From an uncultured delta proteobacterium (GTDB lineage: Bacteria; Desulfobacterota; Binatia; Binatales; Binataceae): a stretch of 64,000 nucleotides of DNA. Within the stretch, counting starts at the first letter, position 1. Every line of letters starts with the position of its first letter. Shown here piece after piece: positions 1 through 14,216 of the stretch. The stretch covers positions 2,208,001 to 2,272,000 of the forward strand of contig CAVXXK010000001.1 in assembly GCA_963765675.1 (NCBI GenBank), read 5' to 3'. A model generated the notes under the pieces. The model was not told the origin of the DNA. It saw nothing but the letters and a program-made list of their open reading frames with translations, and did not search any database. The translations under genes and the position numbers were made by a program.

Positions 1-1704
<1,704 letters not shown>

Positions 1705-1836
1705 AGGTTCGGAGCTCATCCGCTCATCTCGACCCGCCTCTGCCGCTCGTAGTATGACTGGTGGTCATCGCGCTATGGCCAGTAGGCCACAGCGCAAGCG
1801 AGCGTATCAGCACTGAGATCAAGCCGGGATCAGCCG

Positions 1837-2838
1837 ATGATGAAATCGATTACACTCACTTTTGCATTGACGGTCGCGATGCTCTGCGGCGGATGCGCGC
1901 AGCAGGCCGCGCTTCAGCAAGCGAGCGCGGATTCGCAGGCTGCTCGCGCGCAGGGCGATTACAAAACCGCGGCGCTCGATCTCAATCCTATCGTCGCGGC
2001 CTATCCGGAAAATCCGCAGGCGTACATGGCGCAGGCTTACGATTATTTCGAGGCGGGCGAGGCCGATCAGGAAATCGCGGACGTGAGCCGCGCGATCGAG
2101 CTCGAGCCCAACGCCGCCGAATATCGCATCTTCCGCTCGCAAGCGTACACGCGCATCCCGCGGTTCGATCTCGCACTCGACGACGCCAACGAGGCAATCC
2201 GGATCGCACCCAATACCGCCTACTGCTACTCGTCACGCGGCTACGTCTACATGGCGATGGGCGAGAGCTCCAAGGCGATTGCCGACCTCTCGCACGCGAT
2301 CGAGCTTGATCCGAACAATGCGATGTTCCTGGTGCAGCGCGGGTTCGCATACGGCATGGCGGGCCGCTACGCCGAGACTCAGGCCGACTGGCAAGCCGCG
2401 ATCAAGATGCGTTCGGATTATGGGCCGGCTTACAGCGCGCTCGGATGGCTCCAGGCCACCTGTCCGGACGCTAAATTCCGCGACGCCAAGCAGGCGATCG
2501 AGAACGCGAAGCGTGGCGCGGGACTCGGCGCGCCCGCGATGCCTGTCGCGACTGTATCCGGCGGCGCAGTCAAGTCAGATGCCAAATCAAGACCGGCGCA
2601 TAACAATTCGGCGGTGGCGTGGTCGCTCGACGCGCTTGCGGCCGCGTACGCCGAGTCGGGAGATTTTCAGCAGGCCGTCGCGGTGCAGCAGCAGGCAATC
2701 TCGCACAATAAAATGTCGCCGAATCCTCTTGCGACCAAGGAGCAGCAGTTGCTCGCGCTCTATCAGCAGCAGAAACCTTATCGCGCGGGTTTCGACGCGG
2801 TGGTTCCGTCGCTGCCCTGGATCGTGCTCCCGTCGTAG
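1837..2838 (+). CDS. TPR-repeat exported protein/lipoprotein
   Basis: N-terminal signal ending LCGGC, followed by several TPR units (AIELEPN, AIRIAPN..YSSRG, AIELDPN..QRG) and the LAAAYAESGDF motif. Confidence 0.85.
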   Translation: MMKSITLTFALTVAMLCGGCAQQAALQQASADSQAARAQGDYKTAALDLNPIVAAYPENPQAYMAQAYDYFEAGEADQEIADVSRAIELEPNAAEYRIFRSQAYTRIPRFDLALDDANEAIRIAPNTAYCYSSRGYVYMAMGESSKAIADLSHAIELDPNNAMFLVQRGFAYGMAGRYAETQADWQAAIKMRSDYGPAYSALGWLQATCPDAKFRDAKQAIENAKRGAGLGAPAMPVATVSGGAVKSDAKSRPAHNNSAVAWSLDALAAAYAESGDFQQAVAVQQQAISHNKMSPNPLATKEQQLLALYQQQKPYRAGFDAVVPSLPWIVLPS

Positions 2839-3377
2839 ATGATTTTTCCGTCGTCGACGCGCGCGAACGGCGACAGCACGTGCGGCGAGAGCTTGCCGGT
2901 CGGCATGATGTGCTCGACGCGCCATCCGCGAACCACCAAATAGTCCGAGATGATCCGGCGATGGCATCGCCACCACAATCCTTCCGAGCACATGTAGGCC
3001 GTACGCGCTGTCGTCGCGAGCTCGATCAACTCCGCGAGACCGGCTGCGAATTCCTCGCTGTCGGTGTAGTCAGCGTACGAGCGGAACGCCGGATGCTGCC
3101 ATGCGCCGTGCGGTGAATCGGCGCGCTTGCTGTGCCGTCGTCCTCCCAGCAGCTTCATCCATCGGTACGCGATTCCCGCTCGCACCAGCGATTCGGCGAG
3201 CGTCTCCTGGTTGAACTGCGGCCATTTGCGCGACGATGGAAACGAGCGCACGTCGGCAAGTGTCGCAATACGATGCTGCCCGAGCAGCGCGAGGAATTCC
3301 TCGATTGGATGCGTCGAATGACCGAAGGTGAAAATCAGCGGCTGTTCCGCCACGGGCTTTTTTGATGCTCTCGGCAT
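2778..3377 (-). CDS. DUF488-family protein
   Basis: IFTFGHST, LADVRSFPSSR, LGGRR and MCSEGLWWRCHRRII motifs. Its 3' end overlaps the convergent TPR gene. Confidence 0.9.
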   Translation of the reverse strand: MPRASKKPVAEQPLIFTFGHSTHPIEEFLALLGQHRIATLADVRSFPSSRKWPQFNQETLAESLVRAGIAYRWMKLLGGRRHSKRADSPHGAWQHPAFRSYADYTDSEEFAAGLAELIELATTARTAYMCSEGLWWRCHRRIISDYLVVRGWRVEHIMPTGKLSPHVLSPFARVDDGKIIYDGSTIQGSDGTTASKPAR

Positions 3378-3419
3378 CGAACCCTCGCCTGATTTTCCGC
3401 GCGGCGCGCGACGGACACG

Positions 3420-4817
3420 CTACTGCTTGGCGGGCGCGGCGAAATCTCCCGAGGCGACCTGCGAGAGCATCGCGGTGTTGATCGCGGCGTCCTTTAGATT
3501 CGCGACCGCGACCAGCAGGATCGCGTCGGGATGCAGATACTTGCGCGCCATGTCCTGAACGTCCTGTTTGGTGACGGCCTGGATCAGCTTCGGATAACGA
3601 TCGGCGTAATCAAGCCCGAGGCCGTTGAGCTCGATGCCGAGCATGAAGCCGGCGATCGCGCTCTGCCGATCGAACTTGAGCGGGAAGCTTCCGATCAGAA
3701 ATTTCTTCGCGCCGTCGAGCTCGGCGTCGGTCACCGGATGCTCCTGCATGATCCGCATCTGCTGGAGGATGAGCTTGATCGCCTCGTTGGCGCTCGAGTT
3801 CTTGGTTTGCAGCCGGATGCCGTAAGCGCCCTCGAACTTGGCCGCCGAGACGACGCTGCCGACCGAGTAGGCGAGGCCGTGCTCGCTGCGCACGACCTGC
3901 ACCAGGCGCGAGGCGAAGCCGCCGCCGCCGAAGATGTAGTTCATCACTTGCAGCTTGTAGAAGTCGGGGTTCGAGCGCGCAATTCCGCCGAAGCCCATGA
4001 TGATATTGGCCTGCTGCACGCTGCGATCGATGAGCTTGGCCTCGAGGCCCTTGGGCGCGGGCGGCGGGGGCGGTACCGCTTGCGGCGGGACGGCGCCGCT
4101 GAGGCCGGTCAGAGATTTCTCAAGTGTTGCTTTAATTTCGTCCGCGTGCACGTCGCCGGTCACCGCGATCACCGCGCTGCCGAGCTTGTAATACTCGTGA
4201 TAGAAGGCGCGCACGTCGTCGGGCGTGAGCTTGGCAACCGACTCCGCGCTGCCGTCCTGCGGATGACCATACGGCGAATCGCCGAACAGCGCTTTTTCGA
4301 ACTTCACGCTGGCGGTGTACCCGGGCTCTTCTTCCTGTGCGTGAATATCGGCGACGGTCTCGGCGCGCTTGCGCTCGATATCGGCATCGCGCAGGCCGGG
4401 CTCGGTCAGGATTCCCGCCAGCAGCGCCAAAGTATCGGCCTGGTATTTTTTAAGGGAAGTGAAGCCGGCGACCGCATAATCGCGGTCCGCGCCAACCTCG
4501 ACCGAGCTGCCCATGAAATCGACTTTCTGATTGAAGTCAGCAGCGCTAAGACTCCGGGTTCCCTGCCCGAGCGATTGCGCGGTCAACGCGGCGAGTCCGG
4601 CTTTGCCGTCGGGGTCGCGCCGTGCGCCGGCGTCGAACGCGATCGACATTGTAACCATCGGGAGCTGATGCTCTTCCGATACCAGCAGCACTGCTCCGTT
4701 TGACAGCGTCATCCGCTTGATTTCGAGCGCGTGCGCGCGCGGCGCGAGCGCCAGTATCGTGAGGATCGCGAGCGCCCCGCCCGCGAGCTTACCGATATTC
4801 TGTTTGCGGCGGTTCAT
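3420..4817 (-). CDS. M16 (pitrilysin) family peptidase, non-catalytic subunit
   Basis: Signal peptide and M16 fold motifs (HPQDG, SRL..VR.EHGLAY). HXXEH is replaced by ALTAQ. Confidence 0.9.
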   Translation of the reverse strand: MNRRKQNIGKLAGGALAILTILALAPRAHALEIKRMTLSNGAVLLVSEEHQLPMVTMSIAFDAGARRDPDGKAGLAALTAQSLGQGTRSLSAADFNQKVDFMGSSVEVGADRDYAVAGFTSLKKYQADTLALLAGILTEPGLRDADIERKRAETVADIHAQEEEPGYTASVKFEKALFGDSPYGHPQDGSAESVAKLTPDDVRAFYHEYYKLGSAVIAVTGDVHADEIKATLEKSLTGLSGAVPPQAVPPPPPAPKGLEAKLIDRSVQQANIIMGFGGIARSNPDFYKLQVMNYIFGGGGFASRLVQVVRSEHGLAYSVGSVVSAAKFEGAYGIRLQTKNSSANEAIKLILQQMRIMQEHPVTDAELDGAKKFLIGSFPLKFDRQSAIAGFMLGIELNGLGLDYADRYPKLIQAVTKQDVQDMARKYLHPDAILLVAVANLKDAAINTAMLSQVASGDFAAPAKQ

Positions 4818-6245
4818 CGCGCCACCTCGCCGAACGCCGCTTCGCCGATGATGTCGGCGTGGCGGACTCCGCCGCCGCTTGCGCCTCCGGCCATCTCGTG
4901 CGGGAGCACACCAGTTGGAATCAGGACGCCGACGGTGCGGTTGGTATCGACGAAATATTTTCGCGCGACGCGCTGCACGTCGGCCGCGGTGACCTTGTCG
5001 ATATTCGAGAGATACTGGTCAACCATCTTGTAGCTGCCGAGCATCTGGTAGACCCCGAGCAGCATCGCCTCCTCGAGGATCGAATCCTGCGAGAAGACGA
5101 ACTCCGCCTGCTCGAGATTCTTGGCCTTCTGCAACTCCTGCGCGCCAACAGGTTGGTCTCGCAGCAGCTGCAATCTCTTTGTCCGCCTCCGCCATTGCGT
5201 CGTCGGTCTTCACGCCTGGCCGCATCTGCGCCGATACCACGAACAGGTTCGGGTCAAACGAGGTCAGGTCGTAGCCCGCGCCGACCTCGACCACCATCCG
5301 CTTATCGACCACCAGCTTCTTGTACAGGCGCGAGCTCTTGCCGTCGGAGAGAACCTCCGACGCGATTTCGAGCGCAAACGCGTCCGGGCTTTCGATATTC
5401 GGAACGTGATAGGCCTCTTCGAACGCCGGCAGATTTGCGGCGTGGCGCAACTCGACGCGGCGCTCGCCTTCCTGCTGGGGCTCGACCTCGGGCATCGGCG
5501 GAGGCTTGGGCCCGTTCTTGATCGCGCCGAACGCCTCGCTGATTTGCTTGAGCACCTGGTCGGCGTTGAAATCGCCCACTACCACGACGATTGCGTTTTG
5601 CGGCGAGTAGTAAATCTGGTGATACGCGAGCGCGTCCTGCAGCGTCAGCCGCTGGATATCCTGCATCCATCCGATGACCGGCCAGTGGTACGGGTGCTCG
5701 ACGAACGCCGCCGCGCGCACCTGCTCGTCGAGCGCGTCCTCGGGCTCGTCGTCGGTGCGCAGGCGGCGCTCTTCGGCGACCACCGCGCGCTCCTTGTCGA
5801 ACTCCTGCGGGTCGAAATTCGCCATCCGGTCCGATTCGAGCGAGATCGGAACGCTCAGGCGATCGCGGTTGATATTCTCGAAGTACTCGGTGTAGTCCGA
5901 GCTGGTCATCGCGTTGTCTTCGCCGCCGTTGGCCTGGATGATCTTTGAGAATTCCTCGGGCCCGATCTTCCTGGTTCCCTTGAACATCAGATGCTCGATC
6001 AGATGGGAGATTCCGGTCTTGCCGAATTGCTCGTTGCGCGAGCCGACATGATAGAAGACGTTGAACGACGCGACCGGCGCCTTGTGATTCTCGAGCACGA
6101 TCACTTGGAGCCCGTTCGGCAGCGTTTCGGTCTTGACCGCGTCGGTCATTCCGGCACGCGCGGCGCCGGCGCACAGCAGCATCACGGCTATGAGAAGCGA
6201 AATGGATCCGGCAAGATGGTAGTTACGCGGGAAGATAATTTTCAT
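4814..6245 (-). CDS. M16 family zinc peptidase, catalytic subunit (frameshifted near 5170)
   Basis: GISHLIEHLMFKGT (HXXEH), NAMTS.DYT.Y and EERR motifs in ORF 5019..6314. The C-terminal domain continues in ORF 4814..5173. Start assumed at ATG 6245. Confidence 0.88.
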
Positions 6246-6374
6246 GACGAATAACCATCTAACGCCGTGCCTTGGCGTGGAGTCAAGAAAGCCCGTCGCG
6301 CCGTCGCGATTCACCGTGCGGCGGCAAATTGCATCGCGGGCCGTGAGTTTGCCACAATCAGCATCAGTAACCCG

Positions 6375-8444
6375 ATGACCCAGCCTGCCAGCCAGCCACT
6401 ATTCGAAATCAAGGGCGTGCTCACGAAGTTCATGCGGATGCTGTTTCCGCTGGAGTTCCGCATCGACTCGATCGCGAACTGCGGCCCGATGCTGCCGTTT
6501 CATTTCCCGCTCCTGCCGGGCGAGATGATCTACCTGCCCGAAAAAATCGACGCGTTCGGCGCCGAGGGCGACGAATATATCTATTACCTCGTCACCACCG
6601 CGCACCTGGCCTCGCGCCACGACTTCGGCACCTTCGATTTTCGCCTGGCCGATATCGAGGGCTTCGAGGATCGAGCCGAGACCGGCGTCGAGGCGATCGA
6701 CAGCTTCGTTGCCTCCTTCGACGACGCCGCGCTGGCCGGCGCGCTGATGCGCCTGGGCGAGGCCGCGCGAATCGACGCGGCGCTCGGGCGGCGCTACCTC
6801 GGACTCGCGCCGCGAATCGCGGCGATCAACCGCTCGCTCACCGCGCTCCTGCCGCCGGAGGCGCTCTCGACGATGCTGGTGCGCGGGTCGCTCGACCTGG
6901 TCGACGGCGAGCCGGGTGAGCAGGGCTTCGCGCGGATGGCGCAGCGCTTCTTCGCGCCGCTGCGCGGCGCTGATGCCGACATCTTCACCACAGCGCGCCA
7001 GACCACCGCGCTCTACAAATGGCTGCAGGAGCTGATCGAGCAGGCGCGCGCCGCAGGCAACGCCGATCCGCTCGCGGGCCAGGCCGAGCAGATGCGCAAC
7101 GACCTGATAAGCGGCGTCAAAGGCGGCGACGGCGCCGACGACGGCGCGGAAGGCGAGGGCGATCAGGGCGAGGCGGGCGGCGAGCCCGACCAGAAGCTCA
7201 GCATGGACGCCTCGGGCCGGCAGTCCAAGGGCAACCAGGGCCGCGCGCTCTCGCCCGAGGAGCTGCGCAAACTGATCGAGCAGGGCGCGCAGATCAATCC
7301 CTCGCAAGGCGAAGGCAACGCCGACGGCGACGGGATGTACCTGACGCAACTCACGAACAAGCAGATGAGCGAGCTCGAGGCGATGCGCGAGCAGCTTGCC
7401 GAAGTCGGCAGCGTGACCGGGCAGGGGCGCCTGATGATCGCGCGCTCGCGCCAGGATTCCTACTACGCCTACGACGAGTGGGACTACGTGCTGGCCGACT
7501 ACCGGCGCAACTGGTGCCGACTGCGCGAAATCCAGCTCACCGGCGACGACGGCGACTTCTACAACAACACGCTCCTGCGCTACGCCGATTTGCTGCCGGT
7601 GATCCGCCGCAACTTTCAGCGCATCCGCCCGGCGTCCTACCGGATGGTGCGCGGACTCGAAGACGGCGAGGAGATCGATTTCGACAAGACCGTCGAGTCG
7701 CACGTCGCGCGCAAGATGGGCGAGATTCCCGACGGCCGCGTGTACAAGGCGCGCAAGAAGGAAGCCCGCGACGTCGCGACGCTGTTCCTGCTCGACATGT
7801 CGGCCTCGACCGACGAGCCGATTCATCGCGAGCCGCGCAAGTTCACCGACGATGACGACAACGACGACTGGATGAAGGCGTGGCAGCGGCGACCGCAAGC
7901 CGCGCAGCGTCCGCGCCGGATTATCGACGTCAACAAGGAAGCGCTGATCATCATGGCGCAGTCGCTCGAAGAGCTGGGCGACCAGTACGCGATCATGGGA
8001 TTTTCCGGGCATGGGCGCGACAACGTCGAGTTTTACGTGATCAAGGAATTCGACCAGGAACTCTCCGACGACGTGCGCGCGCGAGTCGGCGCGGTCGAGC
8101 CGAAACGCTCGACCCGGATGGGCGCGGCGATTCGCCACGTGCGCGAGAAATTCAAGAACGTCAACTCGCGCGCCCGGCACATGATCCTGCTGAGCGACGG
8201 CTTCCCGCAGGATTTCGACTACGGCCACGACCGCCGCTCGAACGCCTACGGAATCCAGGACACGATGGTGGCGCTGAAGGAACTCGAGATGGCGGGCGTG
8301 CTGCCGTTCTGCATCACGGTGGACAAAACCGGCCACGACTACCTGCGCCAGATGTGCCAATCCTCGCGCTACCTGGTGATCGAGGACATCGCCTCGCTGC
8401 CGCGCCAGTTACCGAAAATCTACGAACAAGTCGTCCGCTGGTAA
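6375..8444 (+). CDS. NorD/CbbO-like von Willebrand A domain protein
   Basis: YDEWDY, EDGEEIDFD, MIDAS motif LLDMSAST, TRMGAAIRH, LLSDGFPQD. Start inferred at ATG 6375. Confidence 0.85.
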   Translation: MTQPASQPLFEIKGVLTKFMRMLFPLEFRIDSIANCGPMLPFHFPLLPGEMIYLPEKIDAFGAEGDEYIYYLVTTAHLASRHDFGTFDFRLADIEGFEDRAETGVEAIDSFVASFDDAALAGALMRLGEAARIDAALGRRYLGLAPRIAAINRSLTALLPPEALSTMLVRGSLDLVDGEPGEQGFARMAQRFFAPLRGADADIFTTARQTTALYKWLQELIEQARAAGNADPLAGQAEQMRNDLISGVKGGDGADDGAEGEGDQGEAGGEPDQKLSMDASGRQSKGNQGRALSPEELRKLIEQGAQINPSQGEGNADGDGMYLTQLTNKQMSELEAMREQLAEVGSVTGQGRLMIARSRQDSYYAYDEWDYVLADYRRNWCRLREIQLTGDDGDFYNNTLLRYADLLPVIRRNFQRIRPASYRMVRGLEDGEEIDFDKTVESHVARKMGEIPDGRVYKARKKEARDVATLFLLDMSASTDEPIHREPRKFTDDDDNDDWMKAWQRRPQAAQRPRRIIDVNKEALIIMAQSLEELGDQYAIMGFSGHGRDNVEFYVIKEFDQELSDDVRARVGAVEPKRSTRMGAAIRHVREKFKNVNSRARHMILLSDGFPQDFDYGHDRRSNAYGIQDTMVALKELEMAGVLPFCITVDKTGHDYLRQMCQSSRYLVIEDIASLPRQLPKIYEQVVRW

Positions 8445-8458
8445 GCCTCGCGCGTTAG

Positions 8459-11307
<2,849 letters not shown>

Positions 11308-11420
11308 TCAATGGAGAGCGGGATTCTAGGCCAGAATCCAGAGCGCTGTCATCAGTGCGCGTTTCGCCGGACTCCGGACAAGGCTGTGCCTTTGATTTTT
11401 TGATTTCGGTCATTTTGCGG

Positions 11421-11503
11421 TGGGTTCGTTTGGTATCTTTTCTAGTGGCTTAAAAAATAAACTCCTTGAAAATGCTGCCGAATTCGCGCCAATGGGTTCG
11501 TTT
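11421..11503. repeat. Direct repeat TGGGTTCGTTT (two copies, 72 bp apart)
   Basis: Exact copies at 11421-11431 and 11493-11503, in an AT-richer intergenic region. Confidence 0.6.
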
Positions 11504-11544
11504 CAGCAGCTTTTTCGGTCATCGAATTTCGGAGTAAAAAATTA

Positions 11545-11654
11545 AACACGAAGACACCAACGAAGACGCAGACACTAAGACACGAAGAATACCCATTTCC
11601 GCGCGCGGCGCGCGGAAATGGGTCAGTTCTTTGTGCCTTGGTGTCTTGGTGGTT
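11545..11654 (+). repeat. Long hairpin element with AAGACAC-type short iterations
   Basis: Perfect 15-bp stem (11591-11605 / 11609-11623). It is flanked by ..AGACACTAAGACACGAAGAA and TTCTTTGTGCCTTGGTGTCTTGGTGG arms that pair with G-U wobbles. Confidence 0.75.
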
Positions 11655-11945
11655 GGATTGACGTCTGCGGCTGGCTGCGGGAGCGTCTCACTGGAGTGAG
11701 GCAGCAAACTGGTGCGTGATGGTGTGCGGGTTGCTTCCACGGAAACATTTTTGCACGAAGTGGAGTTGGGCATAAGGCTGAACAGTTCAGCCATGAACAA
11801 ATCTGGCAAAAACTCTAACGATCGTTAGGGAACGGCAGCGTCGGCGAAAATGCGTTAAACCAGTGCTGGGACGGGGCCAAATGAGCATCGACCATTCAGG
11901 ATGGCGGGCAGACTATCGTAAACGGACGTGTCTGGATCGGGAGGC

Positions 11946-11969
11946 GGGCGGCTCCCGAGCCGCCCCTAC
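11946..11969 (-). repeat. GTAG-tagged REP-like palindrome
   Basis: Minus strand reads GTAG-GGGCGGCTC-GG-GAGCCGCCC, i.e. a GTAG tag followed by a perfect 9-bp inverted repeat. Confidence 0.7.
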
Positions 11970-12024
11970 GAAGAGAAGAAATCCCGAGCTCGGCCCTTGG
12001 CTTGCGAACTGGTTGCGGGTGACT

Positions 12025-12065
12025 GCATGGACGCCTCGAGATTTCTCCCTTCGGTCGAAATGACG
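12025..12065. repeat. GTCAT-ended palindromic repeat unit
   Basis: 39/41 identical to 62977-63017 (GCATG.ACGCCTCG.GATTTCTCCCTTCGGTCGAAATGACG). Confidence 0.85.
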
Positions 12066-12093
12066 ATCGGGGGCTTAGTTCAGAACGTAGGGT

Positions 12094-12840
12094 TCAGGTG
12101 GGCGATTTCGCAGAGCGCGTGCGGCCGAGATATCGCACAGGCAGCGGGGTCTCGATCACTTTGCCGGCGCTGGAGGTTACGCGGAAGGCGCGGGCGCGCG
12201 GGCGGGACGAGACTACTTCTTTTAGCCGCGTGCCGGCGAAATGGGCGGCGGCGCCGTCGTCGAGCGCTAGCGTCGGAAGGAAGCCGCGTTTTACGAGGCG
12301 ATGCAGGGCAGGGCGGCGCGCTGCTTCGCCGTCGTAATGGGGGCAGAATCCGCCATGCAGGAATCCAAGACCGGTGCCTAGAGCGCGAGGGCCTCCGCCG
12401 AAAGAATCTGTGAGTCCGTCCTGGAACCAGCAGAGCGCTCCGGCGCTGATGCCCGCGAGCACGACGCCCACGTTCCACGCCGCGCGGAGAGCGCGGTCGA
12501 GTCCGTGCAGACGCCAGATGGCGAGCAGGTTCGCGGTGCTGCCGCCGCCGACGTAGATCACATCCTGCGCGAGAACGAATCCGCGCAGATCGGTGACGGT
12601 GCGCTCGAAGAAGCGCAGCACCATCGCGTCGGCGCGTGCGGGCGGAAACGATTCGAAAAAATTCCGCGCGTAGCTGTCGCTGTCGCCGCTGGCGGTGCCG
12701 ACGAACGCGATGCGCGGCTTGCGATTGCGGATGCGCCGGGTGCGGCGCGCGAGGTCGAGCACGAAGTCGTCGAGCAGCGGATTTTTGGGTTCCATTGAGA
12801 ACCCGCCGCCGCCCATCGCGACAATATGACGCTCGGGCAT
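12094..12840 (-). CDS. pepE: Peptidase E (S51 family)
   Basis: IVAMGGGGF, TASGD, IYVGGGSTANLL, nucleophile motif GISAGALCW, FCPHYD. Confidence 0.85.
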   Translation of the reverse strand: MPERHIVAMGGGGFSMEPKNPLLDDFVLDLARRTRRIRNRKPRIAFVGTASGDSDSYARNFFESFPPARADAMVLRFFERTVTDLRGFVLAQDVIYVGGGSTANLLAIWRLHGLDRALRAAWNVGVVLAGISAGALCWFQDGLTDSFGGGPRALGTGLGFLHGGFCPHYDGEAARRPALHRLVKRGFLPTLALDDGAAAHFAGTRLKEVVSSRPRARAFRVTSSAGKVIETPLPVRYLGRTRSAKSPT

Positions 12841-12870
12841 CGCGGTATCGTAGCAGCCGCGGACGGAGCG

Positions 12871-14085
12871 TTACAGAATCGCGCCCGACTCGCGCATCGC
12901 GCCGATCTCTTCCCACGAGTATCCGAGCTCGAGCATCACCTCTTCCGCATGCTGTCCCAGCTCGGGCGGCATCCGGGTCTGCTTCTCGACCTCGCCGTTG
13001 AGCGTCACCGGCGTTCCGGAGACCAGCACGCGGCCGGCCACCGGATGGTCGAGCTCCTGCAGGTAGCCGTTTTCGCGCGCCTGTTCGCTTTTGAGCATCG
13101 TGCGATAGTCCACGACCTCGGTCGCGAGAATATCGGCGTCGTGCAGCGCGGCGAGCCATTCGGCGCTGGTCTTCTTCGGGAAGATCGCGTCAAGCACCGC
13201 CGCGATCTTGTCGCCGTGGAAATTGCGCACCACGTTGTCGCCGTACTCGACATCTTTCTCGAGATGCTCGATTCCGAGAATCTTGCAGAACGCGGGCCAG
13301 CGCTTGTCATCGACGCCCGCGATACAGATATGACCGTCGCTCGTCGGAAACGCGCCCCACACTCCGTGCAGGAATTGATGCCCGCGGCCGGCGCGCTCGG
13401 GCTCCTGCTGCGTGATCGAGGTGTAATTGATCTCCATCCCTTGCATCGCGATCATCGTGCCGTAGATCGACGCGTCGACTTTCTGGCTCTTGCCGGTCCG
13501 CTCGCGCGCAAACAGCGCGGCCAGAACGCCGCTGGCCAGGCTGAGCGCGCCCGAGTGATCCGCGATGAACATTCCGGCCGCCAGCGGCGGATCGGACGGC
13601 ATCCCGGTCTTCGCCATCACGCCGCTCGCAGCCTGCGCCAGCGTGTCGCGGCTCGGGCGGGTGACCCACGGCCCTTTCGGCCCCCAGGAGCTGCCTTGCG
13701 CATAGACGATCTTCGGATTGATCTTGCGGATCTGATCGTAGCCGAGGCCGAGCCGGTCGAGCACGCCGGGGCGATAGTTGGTCAGCAGAACGTCGTAGGT
13801 TTTCGCCATCCTGCGCACGAGCTCGATCGCCTGCGGATTTTTGAGATCGCACGAGATGCTGCGCTTGCCGCGATTCATCGCGATAAAGTAGTGCGAGACT
13901 TGGGCGTTGCGGACCTCGGGGCCGCCGATCAGCGCGGTCAGCATCCAGCGGCTGAGATCTCCGGTCTCCTTGTTCTCGATCTTGACCACGTCGGCGCCCA
14001 TGTCGGCGAGAAACAGTCCCGCGAACGGACCTTGGATCTCCTGGCCGATCTCGATCACTTTGATTCCATCCAGCGGCTTCGTCAT
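12871..14085 (-). CDS. Family III CoA-transferase (CaiB/BaiF)
   Basis: PLDGIKVIE, LADMGADVVKIE, NRGKRSI, NYRPG, PPELGQH. Confidence 0.93.
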   Translation of the reverse strand: MTKPLDGIKVIEIGQEIQGPFAGLFLADMGADVVKIENKETGDLSRWMLTALIGGPEVRNAQVSHYFIAMNRGKRSISCDLKNPQAIELVRRMAKTYDVLLTNYRPGVLDRLGLGYDQIRKINPKIVYAQGSSWGPKGPWVTRPSRDTLAQAASGVMAKTGMPSDPPLAAGMFIADHSGALSLASGVLAALFARERTGKSQKVDASIYGTMIAMQGMEINYTSITQQEPERAGRGHQFLHGVWGAFPTSDGHICIAGVDDKRWPAFCKILGIEHLEKDVEYGDNVVRNFHGDKIAAVLDAIFPKKTSAEWLAALHDADILATEVVDYRTMLKSEQARENGYLQELDHPVAGRVLVSGTPVTLNGEVEKQTRMPPELGQHAEEVMLELGYSWEEIGAMRESGAIL

Positions 14086-14216
14086 CGCTTTTCGCTCCAG
14101 CTAAACGGTCGTTCAGGCAGGTATCCTTCCGATGGAACTATCGCGCCGCCGCGCAAATCTCAAGCGCATTAGGCGGGGATTTGCGCGTGCGGCGGCTGCG
14201 GCTACACTTGCGCGCC

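Noticed and set aside
11421-11654. Possible CRISPR array
   Set aside because: The repeats are too short and too few, there is no regular repeat-spacer periodicity, and no cas genes are present.
11519-11809. 96-aa ORF in the eno upstream region
   Set aside because: It runs through repeat/hairpin DNA and has no protein-like motif.
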